Origin: Synechococcus sp. A15-24
GTDB lineage: Bacteria > Cyanobacteriota > Cyanobacteriia > PCC-6307 > Cyanobiaceae
NCBI RefSeq assembly: GCF_014280195.1
Contig: NZ_CP047960.1
Span: 2,040,001-2,072,000, forward strand
Direction of reading: 5' to 3'
Length of the DNA: 32,000 nt
Below the pieces are notes generated by a model. The model was not told the DNA's origin. It saw only the letters and a program-made list of their open reading frames with translations, and made no database searches. Below are positions 9,606 to 19,551 of the stretch, in pieces. A program made the translations under genes and the position numbers. Positions within the stretch are counted from its first letter, which is position 1. Each line of letters opens with the position of its first letter.

Positions 9606-10641
9606 CGCCGGTCCTGGCTGCATCAGCCAAGCTTTTGACGCAACTGGCCACCGGCACCGCCAGCAGCAGACCCAACAGATCGCCCACACCGAGGATGGCC
9701 CCAAGCCGGGAGCCGATCGGCAGGGCGATCAACAACCAGGCCGGCTGCAACCCCACGATGCTGCCCATCAGTCGCGGTTGGATCACCTGATCCACGATCT
9801 GGCCGACGACGATGGCCGCCGCCAGCAGCTCGATTCCGGTGCGGGGGTCCTGAACGCCCAGCACAGCGCTGACGAACACGATGGTCAGGGCACTGGCGTA
9901 GGGAATCAACGTAGTGAAGCCGATCAGCACGGCGAAGAGCACGCCGTAGGGGATCTCCAGCACGGTGAACACCACCAGTTGTCCAGCGCTGAGGATCAGG
10001 GCCAGCACCACCTGACCGGCGAAATAGCCACGGAAGGTGCGATCCAGCGTCGAGCCCACCAATCCACGCCACCGGGGCGGCAGCCACTGCAGCAAGCCCG
10101 CGGCGATCGAGTCGGCGCCAAGCAGCAGAAATACCGCCAGCACCAGGATTATCAGCACATTGATCGTGGTGCCCACCGTGGCCCCGAGAATCCCCAGAAG
10201 CCGTTGGCTGAACTGGGTCGCCACCCGACTGATCTGGGAGATCAGATCACTGCTGAGGTCGGCAAAGTCCGCGGGTAAACCATGATCGAGTGCCCAGGAC
10301 TGCCCTTGGTTGATCCAGGCTTCAGCCGCAGCAAGCAGTGCCGGCGAGGCGCTGATCAGCTGACTGAGCTGCGCAACCAACAGCGGCACCAGCTCCACGG
10401 CCGCCAGCACCAGCAGACCCACGGTGAGCAGCATCACCATGGTTATCGAGCCGATGCGCGAGAGGCCTCGGCCCATCAGCCAGCGGCAGGGCAGGTCGAG
10501 CAGAAACGCGATCAAAGCTGCCGTCAGGAACAGACCGGGAAACGGGGCGAACTGCACCAACACCCGTTTGAGCACAAAGGCGTTCAACCCCAGCAGCGGC
10601 AGCACCAATCCGAGACGCAGCCAGGCCGGCCAGGAGGTCAT
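9565..10641 (-). CDS. AI-2E family transporter (PerM-like permease)
   Basis: 358-aa polytopic membrane ORF with PerM/AI-2E-like architecture. The 3' end overlaps cysC by 41 nt (convergent). Confidence 0.75.
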   Translation of the reverse strand: MTSWPAWLRLGLVLPLLGLNAFVLKRVLVQFAPFPGLFLTAALIAFLLDLPCRWLMGRGLSRIGSITMVMLLTVGLLVLAAVELVPLLVAQLSQLISASPALLAAAEAWINQGQSWALDHGLPADFADLSSDLISQISRVATQFSQRLLGILGATVGTTINVLIILVLAVFLLLGADSIAAGLLQWLPPRWRGLVGSTLDRTFRGYFAGQVVLALILSAGQLVVFTVLEIPYGVLFAVLIGFTTLIPYASALTIVFVSAVLGVQDPRTGIELLAAAIVVGQIVDQVIQPRLMGSIVGLQPAWLLIALPIGSRLGAILGVGDLLGLLLAVPVASCVKSLADAARTGVKPPESPPVPAAP

Positions 10642-10652
10642 CGCGTTGAGGT

Positions 10653-11210
10653 TCAGGGGGTCGACATGCCGTCGAGATAAGCCGTGCTGCCGAGATCGAG
10701 CAGACGGGCATCCTTGGCCGCCACTGCATCGTGCAACCTGCGGCGGTAGTCCGCCAGTCGGGCCGCCAGGGCCACGTCTGCCACCGACAGGATCTGAGCA
10801 GCCAGCAATCCTGCATTGAGGCCACCGCCGATGGCCACCGTGGCAACGGGAATGCCACCGGGCATCTGAACGATCGAGTGCAGCGAATCCACACCAGAGA
10901 GGGCGCGACTTCGGACGGGAACACCGATCACCGGCAGGGTGGTGAGGGCCGCCACCATCCCCGGCAGATGGGCAGCACCACCAGCTCCGGCCACGATCAC
11001 ACCGAATCCTTCAGAGCGGGCCGCCTGGGCAAACGCCACCATTTCCAGCGGGGTGCGATGGGCCGACAACACCCGCACCTCCACCTGAACCCCCAGCTCC
11101 CGCAGGATCGCCGCGGCCGGTTCCATGGTCGGCAGATCAGAATCACTGCCCATCACCACAGCCACGCGGGGAAGAACTGTCGTCACGAGAAAGACCGGCA
11201 AGACTGTCAT
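10653..11210 (-). CDS. purE: 5-(carboxyamino)imidazole ribonucleotide mutase
   Basis: [14 protein letters not shown] and [15 protein letters not shown] motifs. The track ORF to 11729 is antisense to nagA and over-extended. Start set at ATG 11210; GTG 11186 is possible. Confidence 0.9.
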   Translation of the reverse strand: MTVLPVFLVTTVLPRVAVVMGSDSDLPTMEPAAAILRELGVQVEVRVLSAHRTPLEMVAFAQAARSEGFGVIVAGAGGAAHLPGMVAALTTLPVIGVPVRSRALSGVDSLHSIVQMPGGIPVATVAIGGGLNAGLLAAQILSVADVALAARLADYRRRLHDAVAAKDARLLDLGSTAYLDGMSTP

Positions 11211-11243
11211 CGTCTCCCGCGGCGGCCCAGGCGGCCAGACCTG

Positions 11244-12392
11244 ATGCGACGGATCACCGATGTGCGTCTGCCCGCACCCCTCGGCAGCGAGACGAAGCGA
11301 CCCCATTGGATCGGCCTCAACGACGAGGGCCGCATCGTTGAGATCCAGCCCCAGATCGCAGGTGAAACCTGCCCTGGCTCCAGTTGGCACGGCGATTGGC
11401 TGAGCCCCCGCAGCGTTGACCTGCAGATCAACGGTGGGCTCGGCCTGGCCTTCCCGGAACTGAGCGCGGCAGATCTGCCGCGGCTGATCGCGCTGCTGGA
11501 GCTGCTCTGGGCTGATGGAGTCGAGGCCATCGCCCCGACCCTGGTGACTTGCGGCATCGCCCCGCTTCGCCAGGCCCTGGCGGTGTTGCACCAGGCGCGG
11601 CTGCAGCACCAACCGGGCCGCTGCCGATTGCTGGGCGCCCATCTGGAGGGCCCCTTCCTGGCGGAAGCCCGCCGCGGTGCCCATCCGATCGAGCACCTCG
11701 CAACCCCCAGCCTGGAGGCGTTGGAGCAACGGATCAGGGGATTTGAATCAGAGATCGCCCTAGTGACCCTGGCGCCGGAGCTCGCGGGGGCCGACGTGTT
11801 GATCAGCGCCCTGCGCCAACGGAACATCACCGTGGCCCTGGGCCACAGTGCCGCCAAAGCAGAACAGGCGGGGCAGGCTTTTGAGCAGGGCGTGGGGATG
11901 CTCACCCATGCCTTCAATGCCATGCCAGGCCTGCACCACCGGGCACCGGGACCACTGGGGGAAGCCTGCCGCCGCGGGGACATCGCCCTGGGCCTCATCG
12001 CCGACGGGGTGCACGTCGCTCCGACGATGGCGGTGCTGCTGCAACGGCTGGCGCCGGAACAGGTGGTGCTGGTGAGCGATGCCCTGGCCCCCTACGGCCT
12101 GGCGGATGGTGAGCATCGCTGGGACGAACGGGTGCTGTTGGTGCAGAACGGCACCTGCCGGCTGGAGGACGGCACCCTGGCGGGAGTGACCCTGCCGCAG
12201 CTGGAGGGGGTGAAACGGCTGGCGGCCTGGAGCGGCGCAGCAGGCGCGGCGATCTGGGGAGCCACGGTCGCACCACGACGGGTGATCGGCACCGCTGGGG
12301 CCTTGAACGACGCGCTGTTGGGCCAGCAGCTGACCAACCTGCTGCGCTGGAGCCAACGCGAGGGGGAACTCCACTGGGGCTGCGCTGCTTAA
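11244..12392 (+). CDS. nagA: N-acetylglucosamine-6-phosphate deacetylase
   Basis: [31 protein letters not shown] and VLVSDAL motifs of the NagA amidohydrolase family. Start at ATG 11244 ([10 protein letters not shown]); the track start at 10731 is antisense to purE. Confidence 0.85.
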   Translation: MRRITDVRLPAPLGSETKRPHWIGLNDEGRIVEIQPQIAGETCPGSSWHGDWLSPRSVDLQINGGLGLAFPELSAADLPRLIALLELLWADGVEAIAPTLVTCGIAPLRQALAVLHQARLQHQPGRCRLLGAHLEGPFLAEARRGAHPIEHLATPSLEALEQRIRGFESEIALVTLAPELAGADVLISALRQRNITVALGHSAAKAEQAGQAFEQGVGMLTHAFNAMPGLHHRAPGPLGEACRRGDIALGLIADGVHVAPTMAVLLQRLAPEQVVLVSDALAPYGLADGEHRWDERVLLVQNGTCRLEDGTLAGVTLPQLEGVKRLAAWSGAAGAAIWGATVAPRRVIGTAGALNDALLGQQLTNLLRWSQREGELHWGCAA

Positions 12393-12419
12393 GATCCCGC
12401 CGAACACGACCCACCTTCG

Positions 12420-13133
12420 ATGGCCCCCGATCAACTGCTGGAGCAGAAACAGGCCGAGAAGCAGGAGGTGAAGGGCTACTTCGAGACCACGGGTTTCGAT
12501 CGCTGGAATCGCATCTACAGCGAAAGCGATGACGTGAACAAGGTGCAGCGCAACATCCGCATTGGCCACCAGAAAACCGTGGATGAAGTGCTGGCCTGGA
12601 TCAAGTACAGCGGTGAGCTCAACGACGTGAGCTTCTGCGATGCCGGCTGCGGGGTCGGCAGCCTCAGCCTGCCGTTGGCCGAAATGGGGGCCGGTTCGAT
12701 CAGCGCCAGCGACATCTCCGAAGCGATGGCGCAGGAGGCGGACCGCCGCGCCCGCGCTGCTGGTCTGGACATGGGCAAGCTGAACTTCTTCGCCAGCGAT
12801 CTGGAAAGCCTCAGCGGCTCCTTCCACACGGTGTGCTGCCTGGATGTGTTCATCCACTACCCCCAGCAACCAGCCGAGGAGATGGTGAAACACCTCTGCA
12901 GCCTCACCGAGCAGCGCCTGATCGTGAGCTTTGCGCCGTACACCCCTCTGCTGGCGCTGCTGAAGGGCATCGGCCAGCTGTTCCCCGGCCCCAGCAAAAC
13001 CACCCGGGCATACACCTTGAAAGAAGAGGGCATCGTGAAAGCGGCGGAAGCCTGTGGCTTCAAGCTGGTGCGCCGCAGCCTGAACAAAGCACCATTCTAC
13101 TTCTCGCGGTTGATCGAATTCCGCAAGGCCTGA
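12420..13133 (+). CDS. chlM: magnesium-protoporphyrin IX O-methyltransferase
   Basis: KGYFETTGFDRWNRIYS, SAM-binding CDAGCGVGSLSLPLA, and CLDVFIHYP, all typical of ChlM. Length is 237 aa. Confidence 0.93.
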   Translation: MAPDQLLEQKQAEKQEVKGYFETTGFDRWNRIYSESDDVNKVQRNIRIGHQKTVDEVLAWIKYSGELNDVSFCDAGCGVGSLSLPLAEMGAGSISASDISEAMAQEADRRARAAGLDMGKLNFFASDLESLSGSFHTVCCLDVFIHYPQQPAEEMVKHLCSLTEQRLIVSFAPYTPLLALLKGIGQLFPGPSKTTRAYTLKEEGIVKAAEACGFKLVRRSLNKAPFYFSRLIEFRKA

Positions 13134-14044
13134 TCTCCCTCAACTGAGGGATCCACCTGGAGTGTTGTCTCCCCCAAGTGAGGGAGACCCGAAAGCTGCC
13201 AGGCATGCAGCCGATAGCCCCCATCGCCAGGGGTTGCCGTCGCCGAAATCTCCCGGTTGAGCAAATAGAGCGGATCCCCCAGCAGCGGGCTGCCCAGCTG
13301 TGCCAGATGAATGCGGATCTGATGCGGTCGGCCTGTGGTGATCGTCACCTGCAAGCGATCGCCCTCAGCCGTTCGCTCCAAAAGCTCCAGCTCGGAACGA
13401 GCTGTGAGGCGTTTGCGGATCGGCTCCTGCTTGAGCGGTTCCGGCCCCCAGACCCAACCCAGCAGAGGATGCTGCCGCTCCACCACATCATTGGTGACCG
13501 TCAGGGTCTGCCCCTGCTCCAAACCCGGCACCCGCTGGGCCCAGGCCTGATACACCTTGCGGCAGCTGCCCTCTGGCCTGAACTCTTTGGACAACGACGC
13601 GCGGGTCATCGGATCCCGAGCACACACCTGCAAGCCGGAGGTGAACCGCCCCAACCGATGCACCGGCCGCGCACCGGTGGGCTCCAACAGTGCCGTAAGC
13701 GTGTGGAGCAGAAAACCACCGCCGGGCATCACCGGCAGACCCGAAGGCTTGTTGATCACCAGCAGATCGCCGTCGTCATGGATCGTCTCCCATTGATCGG
13801 GGATCGCCTCCTCCAGCCAGGGAGGACGACGCCAGAGGACTGCTTCACCGCCAGCCAGCCGCCGATCCTCCGTCAAGCGTTGCCCATTGCAATCCAGTTC
13901 GCCGGAATGGATTCTTTGCCGCCAGACCTCTCCAGCGGAATGCTGATAGCGCTCCGCCAGCCAACAACTCAACCAAGTACCAGCTGCCCCTACCGGCACT
14001 CGGTCGCGATACGTCCAGCCGTCGTTGAACGCCGCTGGCTTCAA
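13097..14044 (-). CDS. RluA-family pseudouridine synthase homologue with Gly in place of the catalytic Asp
   Basis: Motif I LLVINKPSGLPVMPGG and motif III TGRPHQIRIHLA are present. Motif II reads VHRLGRFTSGLQV, where the family consensus is HRLDxxTSG. TTG start at 14044 overlaps the stop of the upstream response regulator (TTGA). Confidence 0.8.
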   Translation of the reverse strand: MKPAAFNDGWTYRDRVPVGAAGTWLSCWLAERYQHSAGEVWRQRIHSGELDCNGQRLTEDRRLAGGEAVLWRRPPWLEEAIPDQWETIHDDGDLLVINKPSGLPVMPGGGFLLHTLTALLEPTGARPVHRLGRFTSGLQVCARDPMTRASLSKEFRPEGSCRKVYQAWAQRVPGLEQGQTLTVTNDVVERQHPLLGWVWGPEPLKQEPIRKRLTARSELELLERTAEGDRLQVTITTGRPHQIRIHLAQLGSPLLGDPLYLLNREISATATPGDGGYRLHAWQLSGLPHLGETTLQVDPSVEGDQALRNSINREK

Positions 14045-14778
14045 GTCACCAGACGGTGCTCCAGCGCATAGCGCACCAGCTCCGTGCGACTGGAGGTGCC
14101 GGTCTTGTTGAACAGGCGACTCACGTACTTCTCCACATTGCGGATCGACGTCTCCAGCTGACGGGCGATCTCTTTGTTCATCAATCCTTCCGCCACCAGC
14201 TGCAGCACACTCGCCTCCCGTGGGGTGAAGCTATGCACCACCGGCTCCTTCGAGGGCAGGGCCTCGGCCTGAGCCAGCAAGGAGCGGATCTCGGTGATCT
14301 GCTTCGCCATCTGGCCCATATCCGTATCCGCAAAGCGGGCCGCCTCCTGCAACAACCGCTGCTGTCGCTGGGCCACGTTGCGCACCCGCGCCACCAGTTC
14401 ATCCGGATCGAACGGCTTGGGGATGTAGTCATCCACGCCGGCCAGGTAACCCTGGGTGCGGTCCGCCGTCATGCCCTTGGCGGTGAGGAAGATCACCGGC
14501 GTGCCGCCGAGGCGTTCATCGGCCCGGAGCTTTTTCAGCAGCCCGTAGCCATCCAACCGCGGCATCATCACGTCGCTGATCACCACATCCGGCAGCATCT
14601 GCTGCGCCTTGCTGAAACCTTCCTCTCCATCCACCGCCGTGGTCACCTCAAAACCCTCGTCCTCGAGGTAAGCCTGCACCGCCGTGCGCAGCCCAGGCTC
14701 GTCATCCACCAGCAGCAGCCGCGGTACCGGAGGAGGAGCCTCCTGCTCGTCGGTGCTGGGAAGGGGCGTATCGGTCAT
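14041..14778 (-). CDS. two-component response regulator, receiver plus LuxR/NarL-type HTH output
   Basis: Receiver residues are intact (LLLVDDEPG, VVISDVMMP, IFLTAKG, YIPKPF). The C-terminal LuxR HTH reads TPREASVLQLVAEGLMNKEIARQLETSIRNVEKYVSRLFNK. No histidine kinase gene occurs anywhere in the window. Confidence 0.9.
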   Translation of the reverse strand: MTDTPLPSTDEQEAPPPVPRLLLVDDEPGLRTAVQAYLEDEGFEVTTAVDGEEGFSKAQQMLPDVVISDVMMPRLDGYGLLKKLRADERLGGTPVIFLTAKGMTADRTQGYLAGVDDYIPKPFDPDELVARVRNVAQRQQRLLQEAARFADTDMGQMAKQITEIRSLLAQAEALPSKEPVVHSFTPREASVLQLVAEGLMNKEIARQLETSIRNVEKYVSRLFNKTGTSSRTELVRYALEHRLVT

Positions 14779-14802
14779 GGCCGGAATCGCTCTTCTGAAA
14801 GC

Positions 14803-15330
14803 CTATGGACGGGGAGACTTCGGAGCCAGTGCGGGTAACTGCTGCTGACGTTCGGGAATCAGGGTCGAATAGCCCAGATCCAGGGCCTTCTGGCGCAGGC
14901 TGGCAGGCTCGGTTCCCGCCACTTCGGGAACACAGGCTGCCCACCACACCAGGTGATCCTCACGGTTGGTGTCGCTCACGGGACCACCCGGATTGAGATT
15001 GCGCACGTAAACCGCCGTGGACGTCCGTTTGACGCGCAGGGGATTGGCGGCACTGCAGTTCACAGACTCGAAGTAGATGTTCAGATCATTCGGCAGTTCC
15101 TCCCAGATCTTGTACTGCCGCACTTTCGGATCAGCGGCGCTGGGTTTGATTGCATAGATGCCGATGGTGCGGAGACCTCCGGCATCAGGCTTTTGGATCA
15201 GGACGGTGAGATCTGCGGGGCGGGAGTTCTTCATCTGCTCCAACACCTCCTTGCGATCAATGGCAGCCGCCCCCATCGGGACCAGCAACAGCGCCAGGCC
15301 GGTCCAAGCCGTCGGGAATCGCAGACCCAT
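14803..15330 (-). CDS. hypothetical exported protein
   Basis: From ATG 15330 the ORF begins MGLRFPTAWTGLALLLVPMGAAAIDR, which is signal-peptide-like. I recognise no family motif. The track start (TTG 15378) or ATG 15357 are alternatives. Confidence 0.6.
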   Translation of the reverse strand: MGLRFPTAWTGLALLLVPMGAAAIDRKEVLEQMKNSRPADLTVLIQKPDAGGLRTIGIYAIKPSAADPKVRQYKIWEELPNDLNIYFESVNCSAANPLRVKRTSTAVYVRNLNPGGPVSDTNREDHLVWWAACVPEVAGTEPASLRQKALDLGYSTLIPERQQQLPALAPKSPRP

Positions 15331-15373
15331 GCAGTGATCAACAACGTGGCCCAGCATGATCGCAACAGCGTGA

Positions 15374-16516
15374 ATCAACCAGCTGCCGCGCCGTCTTCTC
15401 GACTTTGACTACCAAGCCACCACGCCCTGCGCCGCGGAGGTGGTGGAGGCGATGGCGCCCTACTGGAGCGAGGATTGGGGCAATCCCTCCAGCCGTCAGC
15501 ACCGGCTGGGCCTGACCGCTTCAGCGGCGGTGAACCTGGCGCGGCGGCAGATCGCGGATGCGCTGGCGGTGACGCCACAGCAACTGGTGTTCACCAGTGG
15601 TGCCACCGAAGCCAACAACCTGGCCTTGCTGGGCCATGCCCGGGCCAAGGGCAGCGGCCATCTGATCAGCGTGGCCACCGAACATCACGCCGTGCTCGAT
15701 CCGCTCCAACAACTGCAGCGGGAGGGTTTCAGCGTCACCCTGCTGACCCCAGGCCCCGAGGGGCTGATCACCCCTGAGCAGCTAAGGCAGGCGATCACCC
15801 CCGAGACGCAGCTGGTGAGCGTGATGGCGGCCAACAACGAAATCGGGGTGCTCCAACCCCTAACGGCCCTGGCCGCGGTGTGCCGCGACCACGGAGTCAC
15901 CCTTCACAGCGACGCCGCCCAGGCCTTCGGTCATATCCCTCTGGAACCAGATGCCATGGGGGTTGACCTGATGAGCCTCAGCGCCCACAAGCTCTATGGC
16001 CCCAAAGGCGTTGGCGCCCTGGTGATCCGAGACGGAATTGCCCTGCAACCCCTTCAATGGGGTGGTGGCCAGGAAGCGGGACTCAGGGCGGGCACCTTGC
16101 CCACGGCCCTGATTGTCGGCTTCGCTGCCGCCGTGCAGCTGTCCATGCAAGACCGAGAGCAACGCCAGCAGCGATTGGCGTCGCTGCGTGACCAACTCTG
16201 GGCTGATCTGCAGCGCAAGATCCCTGACGTGCGCTTGAACGGAGCCCTGGCCCCAAGGCTTGCCCACAACCTCAACATCACCCTGCCCGTGGTGAGCGGC
16301 AGCCGCCTGCAGCGCGCCCTCAAGCCCCAGCTCAGCTGCAGCAGTGGCTCCGCCTGCAGCAACGGCGCCCCGTCCCACGTGCTGCAAGCACTTGGTCGCT
16401 CACGCGCCGACGCCGAAGCATCCCTTCGCCTGAGCCTGGGCCGCGACACCACGGCAGACGACATCCATCAAGCGGTCACTGCCATCGGTGATGCCGTCGC
16501 TGCAGTCCAGAGCTGA
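15374..16516 (+). CDS. cysteine desulfurase (NifS/IscS-like class V aminotransferase); start codon unresolved
   Basis: PLP lysine in SAHKLYGPKGVGAL, catalytic Cys loop SSGSACSNGAPSHVL, and TEHHAV. The conserved N-terminal LDFDYQATTPC lies upstream of the first GTG (15440). The frame opens at 15374 directly after a TGA. Confidence 0.85.
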   Translation: MNQLPRRLLDFDYQATTPCAAEVVEAMAPYWSEDWGNPSSRQHRLGLTASAAVNLARRQIADALAVTPQQLVFTSGATEANNLALLGHARAKGSGHLISVATEHHAVLDPLQQLQREGFSVTLLTPGPEGLITPEQLRQAITPETQLVSVMAANNEIGVLQPLTALAAVCRDHGVTLHSDAAQAFGHIPLEPDAMGVDLMSLSAHKLYGPKGVGALVIRDGIALQPLQWGGGQEAGLRAGTLPTALIVGFAAAVQLSMQDREQRQQRLASLRDQLWADLQRKIPDVRLNGALAPRLAHNLNITLPVVSGSRLQRALKPQLSCSSGSACSNGAPSHVLQALGRSRADAEASLRLSLGRDTTADDIHQAVTAIGDAVAAVQS

Positions 16517-16549
16517 ACTATCTACCCTCCGATCGATTGATCAGGATTC

Positions 16550-17347
16550 ATGAGCAATCAGGCCGAGCTTTCCGTTGGCACCGCCATCCAAGACGGCTGG
16601 AGTGCCTTTCGCCTGGCCCCGTGGGCCTTCGTTGGCTTTGTGCTTCTGAGCTCGCTGCTGGCCCAGTTGGCCAATCTGATTCCCCTGCTGGGCGCTCTGG
16701 TGGCAACGCTGGTGAACCTGTGGGGCGGTGTTGGCCTGATCCGCGGCTCCTGGATCGCTCTGGGGGGCACTGCCCCTCGCTTTGAAGATTTCACCCGCTG
16801 GAACGGGGCTGCCCTCTGGCGTCTGTTCAGCCGGCAGCTGGTGCTTGGCCTGCTGCTGCTGCCCATCGCCCTGGTGGTGATCGTCGTGGCCCTCAATGCC
16901 GCCGATGCCTGGACGGTGTTCGCTCCGCTGATAAATCTGGCGCTGACGGTTGACCCAAGCGATCCGCAGCTGGCGCACGCCGGCAGTGCCGCCGCCCTGG
17001 AGCTGGCCCTCAATTTCAGCCGCAGCCCCCTGGCCTTGCTGACAGTCGCGATCGGCTGGCTGTTCGCCACTTACATCCAGGTGAATCAGAGCTTCCTCGG
17101 ATTCATTGCCCTGCTGGAGTGCCGTAACCCGATCGCCACGATTCAACGGGGCATCACCGTGGTGCAGGGTCAGTGGTGGCAGGTGTTCGGCCTGTTGATC
17201 CTGCAGGTGGTGATCCTGCTGCTGGGGGTGTTGGCCTGTGTGGTGGGTCTAGTAGCTGCTGCTCCGGTGTGCGTGTGCATCACAGGCGCCGCTTATCGAC
17301 AACTGTTCGGCCAGGAGGACCCAGCCGGCCTGCTCAAGGATCAGTGA
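16550..17347 (+). CDS. hypothetical polytopic membrane protein
   Basis: 265-aa ORF with about 5-6 hydrophobic segments. AGGA lies 3 nt upstream of the ATG. The 3' end overlaps rsmH by 14 nt. Confidence 0.65.
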   Translation: MSNQAELSVGTAIQDGWSAFRLAPWAFVGFVLLSSLLAQLANLIPLLGALVATLVNLWGGVGLIRGSWIALGGTAPRFEDFTRWNGAALWRLFSRQLVLGLLLLPIALVVIVVALNAADAWTVFAPLINLALTVDPSDPQLAHAGSAAALELALNFSRSPLALLTVAIGWLFATYIQVNQSFLGFIALLECRNPIATIQRGITVVQGQWWQVFGLLILQVVILLLGVLACVVGLVAAAPVCVCITGAAYRQLFGQEDPAGLLKDQ

Positions 17348-18218
17348 CCCTGCGGGCCAAACGCCATTTGGCGCTGCGACTACGGGGGTTCACCTCCTCT
17401 TCCTCCTCTGTCGCGACCACAGGTTTGCGGGTGATCCGTTCCAACCGATCGTCCCGGAGAAACGCTGTTTTCACACGTCGATCTTCCAGCGAATGGAAGC
17501 TGATGATCCCCACCAGCCCACCCGGCTCCAGCCAGTCGGGGGCCTGCAGCAGCAGGCGATCCAGCACCCCCAGCTCATCATTCACTGCAATTCGCAGGGC
17601 CTGAAAGGTGCGAGTGGCGGGGTGAATCCTTCCGCGGCGTGCCTTGGGCGGATAGCAACCGGCCACGGCATAGGCCAAGGCCGCAGTGCCGGAATAGGCC
17701 CCCTGCGCCGCCAGATCGGCTTTAATCCGCCGGGCGATGCGGCGCGACAACCGCTCCTCTCCACAGCCGTAAATCAGATCCGCCAGCTCGTTTTCCTCCA
17801 GGCGGTCAATCATCTCCGCCGCCGTTTCCCCATCACCTGTGGCATTCATCCGCATGTCCAGGGGCCCGTCCAGACGGAAGCTGAAGCCCCGCTCTGCCAC
17901 ATCCAGCTGGGGGCTGCTCACCCCCAGGTCCGCCAGCACCATCAGCGCCGGTTCCGGCGGGGTGTACTCCGCAAAATTGGTGGCGATGATGCTGACCCGA
18001 TCTCCGAACGGTGCCAGGCGCTCAGCAGCGGCAGCCCGGGCCGTCGCGTCCTGATCCAGGCCGACCAGCCGCAGGCCGGGATGCTGTTCCAGCAACAGGG
18101 CGCTGTGGCCGCCGCCGCCAAGGGTGGCGTCGATCAACAGCCCCTCAGAACGGGGCAACTGGCGGCCTGCGTCCACCACCGCCTCCGCCAATACCGACAC
18201 ATGGCTGAACAACGGCAC
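17334..18218 (-). CDS. rsmH: 16S rRNA (cytosine1402-N4)-methyltransferase RsmH (MraW)
   Basis: [31 protein letters not shown] and [12 protein letters not shown] motifs. The 685-aa track ORF fuses this gene to the open antisense frame of ndhH. Start placed at GTG 18218, with in-frame TTG 18212 and GTG 18200 as alternatives. Confidence 0.88.
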   Translation of the reverse strand: MPLFSHVSVLAEAVVDAGRQLPRSEGLLIDATLGGGGHSALLLEQHPGLRLVGLDQDATARAAAAERLAPFGDRVSIIATNFAEYTPPEPALMVLADLGVSSPQLDVAERGFSFRLDGPLDMRMNATGDGETAAEMIDRLEENELADLIYGCGEERLSRRIARRIKADLAAQGAYSGTAALAYAVAGCYPPKARRGRIHPATRTFQALRIAVNDELGVLDRLLLQAPDWLEPGGLVGIISFHSLEDRRVKTAFLRDDRLERITRKPVVATEEEEEVNPRSRSAKWRLARRVTDP

Positions 18219-18272
18219 AGGCCCGCGGCGAGGACTACCTAAGATGTACTCATCGATCGGACCGCCGCTCCC

Positions 18273-19457
18273 ATGACGCAGCTGGAAACGCGCACGGAGC
18301 CCATGGTGGTCAACTTCGGGCCCCACCACCCCTCCATGCACGGGGTGCTGCGGCTGGTGGTGACCCTGGACGGTGAGGACGTGGTGGATTGCGAGCCGGT
18401 GATTGGCTACCTCCACCGCGGCATGGAGAAGATCGCCGAGAACCGCACGAATGTGATGTTCGTGCCCTATGTGAGCCGCATGGATTACGCGGCGGGCATG
18501 TTCTACGAAGCGGTTGTGGTGAACGCTCCGGAGAAACTGGCGGACATCCCGGTGCCGAAACGGGCCAGCTACATCCGGGTGCTGATGCTGGAGCTCAACC
18601 GCATCGCCAACCACCTGCTCTGGCTTGGCCCCTTCCTCGCAGACGTGGGCGCCCAGACGCCGTTCTTCTACATCTTCCGCGAGCGGGAGATGATCTACGA
18701 CCTCTGGGAAGCAGCGACCGGTCAGCGGCTGATCAACAACAACTATTTCCGCATCGGCGGTGTCGCCGCAGACCTGCCCTGGGGCTGGCTTGAGAAGTGC
18801 CGCGATTTCTGCGACTGGTTCGGCCCCAAGATTGATGAATACGAGAAGCTGATCACCAACAACCCGATCTTCCGGCGCCGGATTGAGGGCCTGGGCACGA
18901 TCGAGAAGCAGGACGCCATCAATTGGAGCCTCTCCGGTCCGATGCTGCGCGCCTCCGGTGTGCCCTGGGACCTGCGCAAAGTGGACCACTACGAGTGCTA
19001 CGACGACTTCGACTGGCAGGTGGCCTGGGAGAAGGAAGGCGATTGCTACGCCCGCTATCGCGTGCGCATCGAAGAAATGCGCCAATCGCTCAAGATCCTT
19101 CGCCAGGCCTGCGAAATGATCCCCGGCGGCCCCACCGAAAACCTCGAAGCCAAACGCCTCAACGAAGGCAAGGGCAGCGACGCTGCTGGCTTTGACTTCC
19201 AGTACGTGGCCAAAAAGGTGGCCCCCACCTTCAAGATCCCCAACGGCGAGCTTTACACCCGTCTGGAATCCGGAAAAGGCGAGATCGGCGTGTTCATTCA
19301 GGGCAACAACGACGTCACCCCCTGGCGCTTCAAGATCCGCGCTGCCGACAGCAACAACCTGCAGATCCTTCCCCACATCCTCAAGGGACACAAGGTGGCC
19401 GACATCATGGCCATCCTCGGATCGATCGACGTGATCATGGGATCGGTCGACCGCTGA
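18273..19457 (+). CDS. ndhH: NAD(P)H-quinone oxidoreductase subunit H (NdhH/NuoD)
   Basis: [25 protein letters not shown]...[14 protein letters not shown], and C-terminal [14 protein letters not shown], typical of NuoD/NdhH. Length is 394 aa. Confidence 0.96.
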   Translation: MTQLETRTEPMVVNFGPHHPSMHGVLRLVVTLDGEDVVDCEPVIGYLHRGMEKIAENRTNVMFVPYVSRMDYAAGMFYEAVVVNAPEKLADIPVPKRASYIRVLMLELNRIANHLLWLGPFLADVGAQTPFFYIFREREMIYDLWEAATGQRLINNNYFRIGGVAADLPWGWLEKCRDFCDWFGPKIDEYEKLITNNPIFRRRIEGLGTIEKQDAINWSLSGPMLRASGVPWDLRKVDHYECYDDFDWQVAWEKEGDCYARYRVRIEEMRQSLKILRQACEMIPGGPTENLEAKRLNEGKGSDAAGFDFQYVAKKVAPTFKIPNGELYTRLESGKGEIGVFIQGNNDVTPWRFKIRAADSNNLQILPHILKGHKVADIMAILGSIDVIMGSVDR

Positions 19458-19551
19458 GATTCTGAATCGGTTCCTGCGGCGGCTGCGTCAGGCGGGGTAC
19501 CTCTTCCCCGCCAGTCTGACCAGTTATCTCTGGCTGAAGGGCCACTACGCG

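Noticed and set aside
18219-19391. Upstream 391 codons of the 685-aa minus-strand ORF, which would extend rsmH across ndhH
   Set aside because: This is the codon-aligned antisense frame of the highly conserved ndhH gene. The RsmH homology begins only at about 18218 ([13 protein letters not shown]). The upstream translation has no recognisable features.
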